DNA of 64,000 nucleotides, taken from NCBI GenBank assembly GCA_963723165.1, contig CAVRPP010000003.1, positions 413,717 through 477,716 of the forward strand, written 5' to 3'. The stretch comes from an uncultured Actinomycetota bacterium (lineage in GTDB: Bacteria; Actinomycetota; Acidimicrobiia; Spongiisociales; UBA4744). The position numbers and the translations under genes were made by a program. The notes beneath the pieces are model-generated. The model was not told where the DNA came from, did not search any database, and saw only the letters and a program-made list of their open reading frames with translations. This document shows positions 38,378-47,966 of this stretch, in pieces; position 1 is the first letter of the stretch; each line of letters begins with the position of its first letter.

Positions 38378-40554
38378 CGGTTCACCTCGGTTCGTTCGCC
38401 GGGTTGGGGCACGCTGCGCATGTCGAGCAGAGAATTGAGGGTGGTCGCCAGTAAACCCTGCCGGAGGTCGGCTTTGTCGAGGTAGGCGTTGACTCCAGCC
38501 GCCCAGGCTCTGGCCTGGTCCTTCTCTTCGGCAACTGCCGAAACCATCACTACCGGGAGAGAGGGGAGGATGTTGCGAACGGCTTGAACCAACTCGACAC
38601 CGTCCGAACCCGGCATGGCGTAGTCAACGACGAGCGCATCGAAGCTCTCCTCCTGAAGCTTGGCCAGACCTTCCTCGGCGTCGGCTGCCACCAGAGTCTC
38701 AAATCCTTGACCTGTCAGAACCGAGCCGACCAGCTGACGGGCTCCGGCCGAGTCGTCCACCACCAGTACCCGCGGTCGCGACATGACCGGGGTCGGCAGC
38801 GATCGTACGCGGTCACCCAGGCGATTAGGTTCGACGACGACGACCACATCTCCCCCGCCGAGCACGGCTGCGCCGGTCAGATGCGGGGTTCCGGCCAGCA
38901 CCGGACCCAGACCTTTGACGGCCACCTGGCGTCTGCCCACGATCCGGGGCACCGTGACGGCTACAAGACCGGACCGGGTAGCCAATACGAGGACTTCGTT
39001 GACCGGTTCGGTCTCCGGGAGGCCAACGGCCGATGCGAAAGACGAAATCGGCAGGCGTTGTCCCTGGTGGATGAGCTCCATCCGTTCTTTCCCGGGCCGT
39101 ACTTCGGCCCCTGCCAGAGCGAATGCGGCCACGACGGCCGCCGCCGGGACGCCCCACTGACGTTCCTCAGCGGCCAGGAGCAACATATCCTGCAGCGCCC
39201 ATGAGGCCGGGAGCGTCAGCATCACCGACGTACCAAGGCCCGGACGTGACTCCACCGTGATCCCGCCGTTCAACATCTCAGCCGTTTCGGCGACGAGCGC
39301 GAGGCCTGCTCCGTCGCCACTCAGATCGGTTGCTTCGATCGACGTCGAAAATCCTCCGCCGTAGAGAAGCCGGGTGAGTTCGCTTTCCGAAGTTTCTTCA
39401 TCAGCTGGGATCAATCCCCGTTGAGCAGCGGACCGTCGTACTTCCTCCCAATCGATCCCGGAACCATCGTCCTCAACTGTGATGATGAGGTTGTTCTTGG
39501 TGACTTGAGCCCGGACGGCCAGGGTGGCCGAAGCGGATTTTCCTGCGGCTTCCCGCACCTCCGGCGCCTCAACGCCGTGATCAATTGCGTTTACCAACAG
39601 GTGTCGCAACGGTTCTCGGAGATGCTCGATGATCTGGCGGTCTACCTCGACCTCGTCGCCCGCCAGCTCAAATCTGATTTGCTTCCCCGTACGACGGCTC
39701 AAGTAACGGACGAACTGGTGGAATGTGTCGGTGATCTCCGACAGAGGAGCCGCAACCAGCTGCAATGCCCGCATCTGCAGATCCTCAACGGCCAGATCCA
39801 GGGTCTCAACCGCAGATTCCCAACTGGTGGCCAGGGATGCAACCTCTCGCGGATTACTCGAAACAGCGAAGCGAAGAGCTTGAACTGCGGAAGCCAGCGC
39901 AGCTGCGTCGAGCCGTACTTCCGCGGCCCGATTGATCAAGCGGTAGAGCCGGGTGGTCTCGACCCGCGTGGCCGGGCCCACCAGACCGGACTCAACGGAG
40001 GAAAGCAGGCCACCGAGATCGAGAAGCTCGGGGCTTCCCATTTCCGGGACCGGACGAGCCGGAGCGGGGGACGGGGGCGATGGTTGCACCGTCGGGGCAG
40101 CCTCGGCCGGTGGCGGGGGCATTGCCTCTGCCCGGTGTGGGGCGGCCGCAGGTCGGGTCGGGGGTGCTTCCGGAGCGCCGAGGAAATGTTCCAGCGCCTC
40201 CACGGCGCTGCGCAGGCCCGCAGGCCGTCCGTTGATTCCTTCGTCCATGGCCCCGAGAAACTCTGCGGAAACGGCCCGCAATAGTTCACCGAGCTCGGAA
40301 CTCGGTGCCAGAACGCCCTCAGAGATATCCCTCCACGTAGCTTCCAGCACCCGGGCGGCTTCGCCCATTTCAACAAACCCCATGACCCGCGAAGACCCCT
40401 TGATCGTGTGGGCGTCGCGAAACAAGATCGAAAACAGGTCGGTATCCAGTTGACCGGCCGACATCGCGGTCGATCCCTCCACCAGATTTGCCGACCGCTG
40501 CGCAACTTCTTCGCGGAATATCGCCAGGAGCTCTGCGTCGTTGCCCAACTCCAA
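38374..40554 (-). CDS. CheA-like hybrid histidine kinase (Hpt, dimerisation, HATPase, CheW-like domain, C-terminal receiver)
   Basis: Hpt motif FRDAHTIKGSSRVMGF. HATPase motifs HLLVNAIDHG and DDGSGID. A CheW-like domain follows. The C-terminal REC is VLVVDDSAGARQLV...DALVVDYAMPGSDG. Confidence 0.8.
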   Translation of the reverse strand: MELGNDAELLAIFREEVAQRSANLVEGSTAMSAGQLDTDLFSILFRDAHTIKGSSRVMGFVEMGEAARVLEATWRDISEGVLAPSSELGELLRAVSAEFLGAMDEGINGRPAGLRSAVEALEHFLGAPEAPPTRPAAAPHRAEAMPPPPAEAAPTVQPSPPSPAPARPVPEMGSPELLDLGGLLSSVESGLVGPATRVETTRLYRLINRAAEVRLDAAALASAVQALRFAVSSNPREVASLATSWESAVETLDLAVEDLQMRALQLVAAPLSEITDTFHQFVRYLSRRTGKQIRFELAGDEVEVDRQIIEHLREPLRHLLVNAIDHGVEAPEVREAAGKSASATLAVRAQVTKNNLIITVEDDGSGIDWEEVRRSAAQRGLIPADEETSESELTRLLYGGGFSTSIEATDLSGDGAGLALVAETAEMLNGGITVESRPGLGTSVMLTLPASWALQDMLLLAAEERQWGVPAAAVVAAFALAGAEVRPGKERMELIHQGQRLPISSFASAVGLPETEPVNEVLVLATRSGLVAVTVPRIVGRRQVAVKGLGPVLAGTPHLTGAAVLGGGDVVVVVEPNRLGDRVRSLPTPVMSRPRVLVVDDSAGARQLVGSVLTGQGFETLVAADAEEGLAKLQEESFDALVVDYAMPGSDGVELVQAVRNILPSLPVVMVSAVAEEKDQARAWAAGVNAYLDKADLRQGLLATTLNSLLDMRSVPQPGERTEVNR

Positions 40555-40636
40555 GTTGAACCTCTTTCACTTTGAACGGTCGCCTGTTCGGCATTACAGA
40601 TATCGGTCGACCACTCGAGCTACTTGAGAGAAAGGG

Positions 40637-42208
40637 CTATTCCCACTCAATCGTGGCGGGGGGTTTTGACGAGACGTCATAAGCGACCCGGTTGATGCCC
40701 GGCACCTCGTTGATCACACGGCTGGAAATCCGCTCCAAGACGTCGTAAGGCAACCGGGCCCAGTCCGCCGTCATGGCGTCATCGCTGGTCACGGCCCGGA
40801 CGATCAACGGGTACGCGTAGGTTCGTCCGTCCCCCTGCACACCAACGGTCTTGATGGCCGGAAGCACTGCGAACGATTGCCAGAGTTGGCGATAGAGGCC
40901 GGCCCGGCGCACCTCCTCCAGGACGATGCTGTCGGCGGCGGCCAGCAGTTCGAGCCGTTCCCGGGTGACTTCGCCAATGATGCGAACAGCCAGACCGGGA
41001 CCCGGAAACGGTTGACGCCAGACGATCTCTTCTGGCAACCCCAGCTCGCTCCCGATCGCCCGCACCTCGTCCTTGAAGAGGTCACGAAGCGGTTCCACCA
41101 GCTCGAACTTCATGTCTTCGGGAAGGCCGCCGACGTTGTGGTGACTCTTGATCCTTGCCGCGTCTTTCGTGCCCGACTCGATGATGTCGGGATACAGAGT
41201 TCCCTGCACGAGGAAGTTCGTGTCGGTCAGGTCGGCGGCTACTTCTTCGAACACGCGAATGAAGGTCTCGCCGATGATCTTCCGTTTCGACTCCGGATCC
41301 GTTACACCCGCCAGTGCTGCGAGAAACCGATCTTGCGCCTGGACATGAACCAGGTTGATCTGGAAGGTGCGCCGGAAGGTGTCCTCGACCTGCGCGGCTT
41401 CGTCGGCCCGCAGCAGCCCATGATCGATGAACACACACGTCAGCTGATCACCAACCGCATGGTGAACAAGAGCGGCGGCGACCGATGAGTCGACTCCACC
41501 GGACAGTCCGCACATCACCTTCTCCGATCCCACCTGCCGCCGGATGGCGTCCACGGACTGTTCGATGATCGAATGATGGGTCCAATTCGGTCGGAGCCGG
41601 CAAGCGTCGAACAGGAAATGCTTGAGGATTTCGGTACCGCGCGGTGTGTGCGCCACCTCAGGATGAAACTGAACGCCGTAGGTGCGCCGGGTCCGATTCT
41701 CCATGGCCGCTACCGGGGATCCGGCCGTTGAGGCGACCACCTGGAAGCCCGGTGGCGCCTCGACCACCGCGTCGCCATGGCTCATCCACACATCCTGGGT
41801 TTCCGGGAGTTCGGCGAACAGGCCTCCTCCGTCGGAAACGGTCAGCTCGGTCTTGCCGTATTCGGCGCTACCGGTGCGGGCAACCCGGCCACCCAGGCTA
41901 TGAGCGAGCAGTTGGTGGCCGTAACAGATTCCGAGCATCGGGATCTCGAGGTCCAGGATGTCCGGATCGATGTCGTACGCATCGTCGGCATAGACCGAGG
42001 CCGGTCCTCCCGACAGGATCAGGCCGGCAGGGCGCCGGGCTATGATCTCGGCCGCCGTGATATCGCGGGGCACGATTTCCGAGAGCACATGGGCTTCCCT
42101 CACCCGCCTTGCGATCAGCTGGGCGTACTGCGCTCCGAGGTCGACGACGAGGACCCGGTCGAAGTCTCCGGTCGAAGCTTGTCCAAAGGAACCGTCCCGG
42201 GTCGTCAC
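40637..42208 (-). CDS. guaA: GMP synthase (glutamine-hydrolysing)
   Basis: GATase domain ([10 protein letters not shown]). ATP-PPase SGGVDSSV P-loop. C-terminal dimerisation domain. Confidence 0.9.
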   Translation of the reverse strand: MTTRDGSFGQASTGDFDRVLVVDLGAQYAQLIARRVREAHVLSEIVPRDITAAEIIARRPAGLILSGGPASVYADDAYDIDPDILDLEIPMLGICYGHQLLAHSLGGRVARTGSAEYGKTELTVSDGGGLFAELPETQDVWMSHGDAVVEAPPGFQVVASTAGSPVAAMENRTRRTYGVQFHPEVAHTPRGTEILKHFLFDACRLRPNWTHHSIIEQSVDAIRRQVGSEKVMCGLSGGVDSSVAAALVHHAVGDQLTCVFIDHGLLRADEAAQVEDTFRRTFQINLVHVQAQDRFLAALAGVTDPESKRKIIGETFIRVFEEVAADLTDTNFLVQGTLYPDIIESGTKDAARIKSHHNVGGLPEDMKFELVEPLRDLFKDEVRAIGSELGLPEEIVWRQPFPGPGLAVRIIGEVTRERLELLAAADSIVLEEVRRAGLYRQLWQSFAVLPAIKTVGVQGDGRTYAYPLIVRAVTSDDAMTADWARLPYDVLERISSRVINEVPGINRVAYDVSSKPPATIEWE

Positions 42209-42214
42209 GAGTTG

Positions 42215-43372
42215 CTACCCCATCCCGACCCGTTGCGAGCGCTGCAGCGTCTTGCCCTCTGTTTGCAGCGAAGGAGCAATCATCACCTCTGCCTTCTGGA
42301 ACTCCTTCACGTCGGCATAACCGGTGGTGGCCATCGACATGCGCAGGCCCCCGAAGAGGTTCCGACGCCCGTCGTTCTCGTGGGCCGGGCCGACGAGAAT
42401 CTCTTCGAGGGTGCCGAGATTCCCAACCTGAACTCTCGCCCCCCGGGGGAGGGTCGGATGGAACGTTGCCATACCCCAGTGGGCTCCGCGGCCGGGCGCT
42501 TCTGCCGCCCCCGCCAGCGGGGACCCAATCATCACGGCATCCGCACCGCAGGCAATCGCTTTCGAAACGTCACCGCCCGTGCGCATCCCCCCGTCGGCAA
42601 TGACATGCACGTACCGCCCGGTCTCATCGAGGTAGCGGATACGGGCCCCGGCCGCATCGGCAATGGCGGTGGCCTGGGGCACCCCCACCCCGAGGACTGC
42701 CCGGGTTGTACAGGCCGCCCCGGGCCCGACCCCGACCAGTACCGCAACAGCGCCGGTCCGCATCAGATGGAGCGCAGTTGAGTAGGACGCGCACCCGCCG
42801 ACGATCACCGGCAACGCAAAGCCGGCAATGAATTCCTTGAGATTCAGCGGCTCGCGACGCGTAGAGACGTGTTCGGCCGAGACAACGGTCCCCTGAACGA
42901 CCAAGATATCAAGTCCGGCCTCGACCGTGAGTGACGCATACGAGTCCACGTGCTGAGGCGTCAGACTGCCGGCAACCACCACCCCGCCGTCCTGGATCTC
43001 TTTGATGCGGCGTCCGATCAGATCTTCTTTGATCGGTTCCTGATAGATCTCCTGCATGCGCAGCGTGGCCTTGTCCGCCGGCAGTTCCGCGATTTCCTCG
43101 AAGTAGGGCTCAGGATTCTCATACCGGGTCCACAGGCCCTCCAGATTGAGGACCCCGAGACCACCGAGGTTCCCGATCTCAATAGCCGTTGCCGGGCTGA
43201 TGGCAGAGTCCATCGCAGAACCAACCATGGGAAGCCGAAAACGGAACGCGTCCATGTGCCAGGAGATGTCCACATCGTCGGGGTCGCGGGTGCGCCGGCT
43301 GGGAACAATGGCGATGTCGTCGAACCCGTACGCCTGCCTGCCCGACTTGCCGATGCCGATGTCGATTTCCAT
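42215..43372 (-). CDS. IMP dehydrogenase family protein (GuaB3-like, no CBS pair)
   Basis: [31 protein letters not shown]...GVLNLEGL...[29 protein letters not shown]. The probable start is the internal ATG at 43372. Confidence 0.8.
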   Translation of the reverse strand: MEIDIGIGKSGRQAYGFDDIAIVPSRRTRDPDDVDISWHMDAFRFRLPMVGSAMDSAISPATAIEIGNLGGLGVLNLEGLWTRYENPEPYFEEIAELPADKATLRMQEIYQEPIKEDLIGRRIKEIQDGGVVVAGSLTPQHVDSYASLTVEAGLDILVVQGTVVSAEHVSTRREPLNLKEFIAGFALPVIVGGCASYSTALHLMRTGAVAVLVGVGPGAACTTRAVLGVGVPQATAIADAAGARIRYLDETGRYVHVIADGGMRTGGDVSKAIACGADAVMIGSPLAGAAEAPGRGAHWGMATFHPTLPRGARVQVGNLGTLEEILVGPAHENDGRRNLFGGLRMSMATTGYADVKEFQKAEVMIAPSLQTEGKTLQRSQRVGMG

Positions 43373-43486
43373 CAGAATCCTCCGCCATTCAGGGAAACCC
43401 TCACGGTAGCCCGCTTCCATCGCAGTGCTAAGTCGCCGGGCAGTCGCCGCCCATCATCTGACAGATGGCTCATCCGGGCGCAGGAC

Positions 43487-43514
43487 AAACTGGAAACTGG
43501 AAACTGTGAACTAC
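43487..43514. repeat. Heptamer tandem repeat (AAACTGG x2-3, ACTG core) in the guaB3 / CPBP divergent region
   Basis: AAACTGGAAACTGGAAACTGTGAACTAC. Confidence 0.7.
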
Positions 43515-43582
43515 TCTTCTTTCCCGTGAACTTACCGCCCCTATCCGCCCCGCCCTCGTTTCGCTGGAGATTCAGCGACTTC

Positions 43583-44287
43583 GTGTTTGTGTGGTTGGCC
43601 GGGCTGATTGCATCATTTGCCGGGACCGCCATCGGTATTGCCCTGGGGGTGGGAGGATCGCTTGAAGACCTGGCGGTCGGCATCCCCCCCGAACTGCTGT
43701 TTTGGGTGGCGCTGCCTGCCCAGTTCTTTGGAATGCTCCTCGCGCTCGCCTGGGTGAGCCAAAGACGGGGTTCCGGCAGCTTCGCCACCGATTTCGGCCT
43801 CACGATCCGTCCCCGCGATGCAAGCTTCATCCTCCTGGGGATGGTGCTGCTCGTCGCCCTGGCCTTCGCCCTCACACCTCTGGCCGAGTTGCTGGGCGCC
43901 GACGAAACCCCACAGATAACGACCGAGGCCATCTCGCGGGTCGTGGACCTCCCCACTCAGATCATGATTGTGCTCACCGTCGCCGTCGCCACCCCCGTCG
44001 TCGAAGAACTGACGTTCCGGGGTTTGCTGCTCCGATACCTCGAGGAGCGCATGAACCCCCGCCGGGCGCTGATTCTGTCGGCTGCCCTTTTCGGGGCATT
44101 TCACGTGCTCGGGGCCAACGGCACCGCCGGGGCCACCATTGCCATGGTGCAGACGTTCCTGGCAGGACTGGTTCTGGCCTATGTAACGCAGAAGTCGGGA
44201 AGACTGAGCCGTGCCATCTTCGTCCACGGCGGATTCAATCTCGTAACCATCCTGGTCCTGTTCCTCTTCCCCGATCTAGCGGTCTAG
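43583..44287 (+). CDS. CPBP family intramembrane metalloprotease (CAAX protease/Abi-like)
   Basis: EELTFRGLL and FGAFH motifs. 6-7 TM helices. The start is uncertain (GTG at 43583 or 43589). The long upstream ORF part overlaps guaB3 and is rejected. Confidence 0.7.
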   Translation: MFVWLAGLIASFAGTAIGIALGVGGSLEDLAVGIPPELLFWVALPAQFFGMLLALAWVSQRRGSGSFATDFGLTIRPRDASFILLGMVLLVALAFALTPLAELLGADETPQITTEAISRVVDLPTQIMIVLTVAVATPVVEELTFRGLLLRYLEERMNPRRALILSAALFGAFHVLGANGTAGATIAMVQTFLAGLVLAYVTQKSGRLSRAIFVHGGFNLVTILVLFLFPDLAV

Positions 44288-44342
44288 CCAGCCCGCCCGG
44301 GCGTCCCATCCTTGCAGCAGACGGCCCACGCAACCGACATAG

Positions 44343-45350
44343 TTACCCTTCGGTACCCAATCGGGCGTCGAAGCCGAGCTTCTTGCGGACTGAAGCCATC
44401 TCGCCCTCCGCCCTCATCCGGGCGTCGAGAGCGCCTTTGACCATGATCCTGGTTATCTCTTCATCCTCGAGGGCCTTGAATGCCAACCGGATGGGGCTGA
44501 GACCCTCAACCACCGCTTCCGCGACGGTCACTTTGAAGTGGCCGTATTGCGTGTCGTGGTACTCCCGGACGAGATCGTCGACCGGGCGGCCGGTGAAAAG
44601 CGACAGGATGTCGAGCAGGTTGGAGATGCCGGGCTTCTTTTCCCGGTCGTACAGTATTTCGCTCCCCGAGTCGGTCACTGCCGCCTTGAACCGGGAACGG
44701 ATGGTGTCCGGATCATCCAGTAAGAGAACCCGGCTGTTGGCATCGTCATCGGACTTCGACATCTTTGAGGTCGGATCCTTCAAGGACATGATCCGGGCGC
44801 CGATCTCGGGGGTGATCTGCTCCGGAAGTGGAAACTCGTCGCCAAATCGGGAGTTGAATCGCTCGGCCAGGTCCCGCGCCAGTTCCAGATGCTGGGTCTG
44901 GTCGTCACCGACGGGGACGGCATGAGCCTTGTGGACCAGGATGTCGGCAGCCATGAGCACGGGATAGGCGTATAAACCAAGGTTCTTCCCGGCCTTGTCT
45001 GCCTTCTCTTTGAACTGCGTCATGCGGTTGAGAGCTCCGAGAGATGTGATGGTGCTCAGCATCCACGAGAGCTCGGCGTGCTGGGGCACCTGACTCTGGA
45101 AGTACAGCAACGACCTAGCCGGATCCACTCCGACGGCGAGCAGGAGCTTGGCCGTGTTCAACCGGTTCTGATGGAGGGCAACCGGATCGTACGGAACAGT
45201 GATGGCATGGAGGTCGACGACACAGTAGATGGCGTCGTATCCGTCCTGCAGCTTCACCCAGTTGCGCAGTGCTCCCAGGTAGTTGCCGATATGAATGTCC
45301 CCGGTCGGTTGAATGCCCGAGAACACGGTCTTCTTGTCGCTCACCTTCAT
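44343..45350 (-). CDS. trpS: Tryptophanyl-tRNA synthetase
   Basis: FSGIQPTGDIHIGNYLGAL (HIGH region). KMSKS present (TSKMSKS). Confidence 0.9.
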   Translation of the reverse strand: MKVSDKKTVFSGIQPTGDIHIGNYLGALRNWVKLQDGYDAIYCVVDLHAITVPYDPVALHQNRLNTAKLLLAVGVDPARSLLYFQSQVPQHAELSWMLSTITSLGALNRMTQFKEKADKAGKNLGLYAYPVLMAADILVHKAHAVPVGDDQTQHLELARDLAERFNSRFGDEFPLPEQITPEIGARIMSLKDPTSKMSKSDDDANSRVLLLDDPDTIRSRFKAAVTDSGSEILYDREKKPGISNLLDILSLFTGRPVDDLVREYHDTQYGHFKVTVAEAVVEGLSPIRLAFKALEDEEITRIMVKGALDARMRAEGEMASVRKKLGFDARLGTEG

Positions 45351-45562
45351 CTCCTCAAAGAAAACGTCGGGGCCCCTCGGCCTCCGGCGCACTCGTTCGG
45401 GCGGGCCTCAATCGCCCGCCCTCCGTTCGAACCACATGATTCCCAGAGGCTAATGCAAAGACGGGCGATCCCCACCACGCCCCGCTGGATCTGCGACGCC
45501 GACGGCGGCCCCGCCCGGTGGGATCGACAGTCCGGTCGGGAACCAGGACTTGCTGCTCGCTG

Positions 45563-46945
45563 TCAGGTTGCAGCGGCGGAATTGCCGCCGCCAGGGAATA
45601 GCGTCTTTCGTGAGTCCCAGAAAACAGCACCCAGGATGATGAGCCCACCGACGCCGATGATCCATTTCAGGTACTGATCCTCGAAAGCTTCGCCGCAAGA
45701 AGCGCACTCCCTATTGACGGGAATGGCGCCGATTCTCCCGTTGGCCACAGGCGCAGTGAGATTGGAGTCAACGATGGAGGTCGACGTCGTTTCTGCGGGT
45801 ATGAGTGCCATGTCTGTAGGGGTGTGATCCGTCCCATGACAGCTCGTGCAATCAACCCGACCGAGATGAGGACTATGACAAACAACACACTCCGCATCAA
45901 CAGCCGTAGGGGTGTGATCCGTCCCATGACAGCTCGTGCAATCAACCCGACCGAGATGAGGACTATGACAAACAACACACTCCGCATCAACAGCCGTAGG
46001 GGTGTGATCCGTCCCATGACAGCTCGTGCAATCAACCCGACCGAGATGAGGACTATGACAAACAACACACTCCGCATCAACAGCCGTAGGGGTGTGATCC
46101 GTCCCATGACAGCTCGTGCAATCAACCCGACCGAGATGAGGACTATGGCAAGCAACACACTCCGCATCAACAGCCGTAGGGGTGTGATCCGTCCCATGAC
46201 AGCTCGTGCAATCAACCCGACCGAGATGAGGACTATGACAAACAACACACTCCGCATCAACAGCCGTAGGGGTGTGATCCGTCCCATGACAGCTCGTGCA
46301 ATCAACCCGACCGAGATGAGGACTATGACAAACAACACACTCCGCATCAACAGCCGTAGGGGTGTGATCCGTCCCATGACAGCTCGTGCAATCAACCCGA
46401 CCGTTGTGAGAGATGTGGCAAGCAACACACTCCGCATCAACAGCCGTAGGGGTGTGATCCGTCCCATGACAGCTCGTGCAATCAACCCGACCGTTGTGAG
46501 AGATGTGGCAAGCAACACACTCCGCATCAACAGCCGTAGGGGTGTGATCCGTCCCATGACAGCTCGTGCAATCAACCCGACCGTTGTGAGAGATGTGGCA
46601 AGCAACACACTCCGCATCAACAGCCGTAGGGGTGTGATCCGTCCCATGACAGCTCGTGCAATCAACCCGACCGTTGTGAGAGATGTGGCAAGCAACACAC
46701 TCCGCATCAACAGCCGTAGGGGTGTGATCCGTCTCATGACAGCTCGTGCAATCAGCCCGACCGTTGTGAGAGGTGTGGCAAGCGACACACGCGAAATCAG
46801 CAGGTCCGGGATCCTGGCGAGGACCTCTACTCAGTTGGACGGCCAAGTCACCGCCCGGTATGTCGGCGAGTACCGTCGGCTGGCCAAAAAGTAAGAAGCC
46901 AAGGCCAGCCAGCAGGATGGAGCCGATGGTGAGGCGCTTGTTCAC
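45563..46945 (-). CDS. Membrane-anchored tandem-repeat Cys/His-rich protein with 22 CxxCH motifs (candidate giant multihaem c-type cytochrome, or a novel metal-binding repeat protein)
   Basis: N-terminal signal peptide MNKRLTIGSILLAGLGFLLFGQPTVLA. Eleven 30-aa repeats (DAECV[AV]CH[IS][SP]H[NL]GRVDCTSCHGTDHTPTAV), each with 2 CxxCH. C-terminal TM helix KWIIGVGGLIILGAVFW. This is the only frame with start, signal peptide and TM anchor. Other long ORFs on both strands are periodicity artefacts. Confidence 0.6.
   Translation of the reverse strand: MNKRLTIGSILLAGLGFLLFGQPTVLADIPGGDLAVQLSRGPRQDPGPADFACVACHTSHNGRADCTSCHETDHTPTAVDAECVACHISHNGRVDCTSCHGTDHTPTAVDAECVACHISHNGRVDCTSCHGTDHTPTAVDAECVACHISHNGRVDCTSCHGTDHTPTAVDAECVACHISHNGRVDCTSCHGTDHTPTAVDAECVVCHSPHLGRVDCTSCHGTDHTPTAVDAECVVCHSPHLGRVDCTSCHGTDHTPTAVDAECVACHSPHLGRVDCTSCHGTDHTPTAVDAECVVCHSPHLGRVDCTSCHGTDHTPTAVDAECVVCHSPHLGRVDCTSCHGTDHTPTAVDAECVVCHSPHLGRVDCTSCHGTDHTPTDMALIPAETTSTSIVDSNLTAPVANGRIGAIPVNRECASCGEAFEDQYLKWIIGVGGLIILGAVFWDSRKTLFPGGGNSAAAT
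45815..46810. repeat. Eleven near-identical 90-nt in-frame tandem repeats inside the CxxCH gene, falling into two subfamilies
   Basis: Units start at 45821, 45911, ... 46721. Units toward the gene's 3' end (45821-46360) carry CCGAGATGAGGACTATGACAAACAAC (CVVCHSPHLGRV). Units toward its 5' end (46361-46810) carry CCGTTGTGAGAGATGTGGCAAGCAAC (CVACHISHNGRV). Only a few substitutions separate units. Confidence 0.9.
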
Positions 46946-47503
46946 TTGTTTGTCCCCAGGCAGTCATCGCCGGTACTGCCGGTTGGAACAGGAGACTCAC
47001 GGTATCACCGCGGGAGGAATCTCCCATGCCGGCCGTCTCACCGGACGCGGAACCCCATTGTTCGACTACGCCACCAACCTTCGTTCACCCTCACACTAGC
47101 GATTCGACAAACCGTCCCCGACCGTGAGAGTGACCCGGAAGGGCCGGTCGGGGAACGCGCACCCCCAAACATGATTGGCACAGCATCCGAAACCGCGGCC
47201 CCACCCCCAGCACCCCATGTGCCGTTATGTGCGGGTGTCCGGGCCCAAAGACCCTCGCTGTCCCAGCCCATGTTTCACCACGATCCGGATAACGGCGGTC
47301 GATTGCGTTCATTTCGAGTACTAGCGGGACCGTCTCACCTGGAACGATCGATGCCCTGCCAGAACCGGGAGCCCCGCACTAGAAGTGCCGTTATGTGCGT
47401 CCCGTGGGTCGAATGGCCCTACCCTCCAGATCGACCTTCCTTGCACTCTTGGAAGCATTATTGACCGGGCTGAGGGCATGGCAGGTGAGGAGGTAACGAC
47501 GCA

Positions 47504-47938
47504 ATGGAGATTGTCTGGGGTGTCGTCCTGATTGTTCTGGGTTTGCTGGCCTGGGGAGGGCAAGGTTTGTCCTATTTCGCTCCCAGCACCGCAGAGAAGC
47601 TGCATCTCACGGAGGGGGAAGAGAAGGTCGAGCCGGTTTTCTGGGCTGATGGCCAAGGTGAAGCGCTCTGGGACTTCTTGACCCTCTGGATCCTGGTGGT
47701 GGCAGGAGTCCTCCTCCTGTTGGATCACGACGCCTGGCCCTATTTCGGTCTGGTCGGCGGAAGCGTCTACGTCTACTTCGCAGGGAGAGGAATCCTCACC
47801 CGACTGGAGATGCAACGCAGCGGATTCCGCATAGGTGACCCAGGCAACGTCCGCCTCGGACTCATCATGCTCGCTGTATGGGGGGTGGTCGGTCTGATCA
47901 CCATCGTCACCGCAGCCACCACTTTCTCCGGCTCATGA
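47504..47938 (+). CDS. Hypothetical small membrane protein (144 aa, 4 TM)
   Basis: Hydrophobic segments MEIVWGVVLIVLGLLAWGG, LWDFLTLWILVVAGVLLLL, LIMLAVWGVVGLITIV. Paralog of the next gene. Confidence 0.5.
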   Translation: MEIVWGVVLIVLGLLAWGGQGLSYFAPSTAEKLHLTEGEEKVEPVFWADGQGEALWDFLTLWILVVAGVLLLLDHDAWPYFGLVGGSVYVYFAGRGILTRLEMQRSGFRIGDPGNVRLGLIMLAVWGVVGLITIVTAATTFSGS

Positions 47939-47966
47939 GCGACCCGTCAAGCAGAAGGTAGCAACC

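Noticed and set aside
42950-43582. Upstream 210 codons of the ORF 42950-44287
   Set aside because: It overlaps guaB3 on the opposite strand. The CPBP protease homology begins near 43583.
45815-46810. Possible CRISPR array, suggested by regularly spaced repeats
   Set aside because: The repeats are contiguous 90-nt units with no unique spacers, are in-frame coding sequence, and no cas genes are nearby.
45667-46894. Long ORFs in other frames and on the opposite strand across the 90-nt repeat array (45667-46788 minus; 45824-46894 plus)
   Set aside because: The 90-nt periodicity keeps every frame open. Only the 45563-46945 minus-strand frame has a start codon, signal peptide, the CxxCH repeats and a C-terminal TM anchor.
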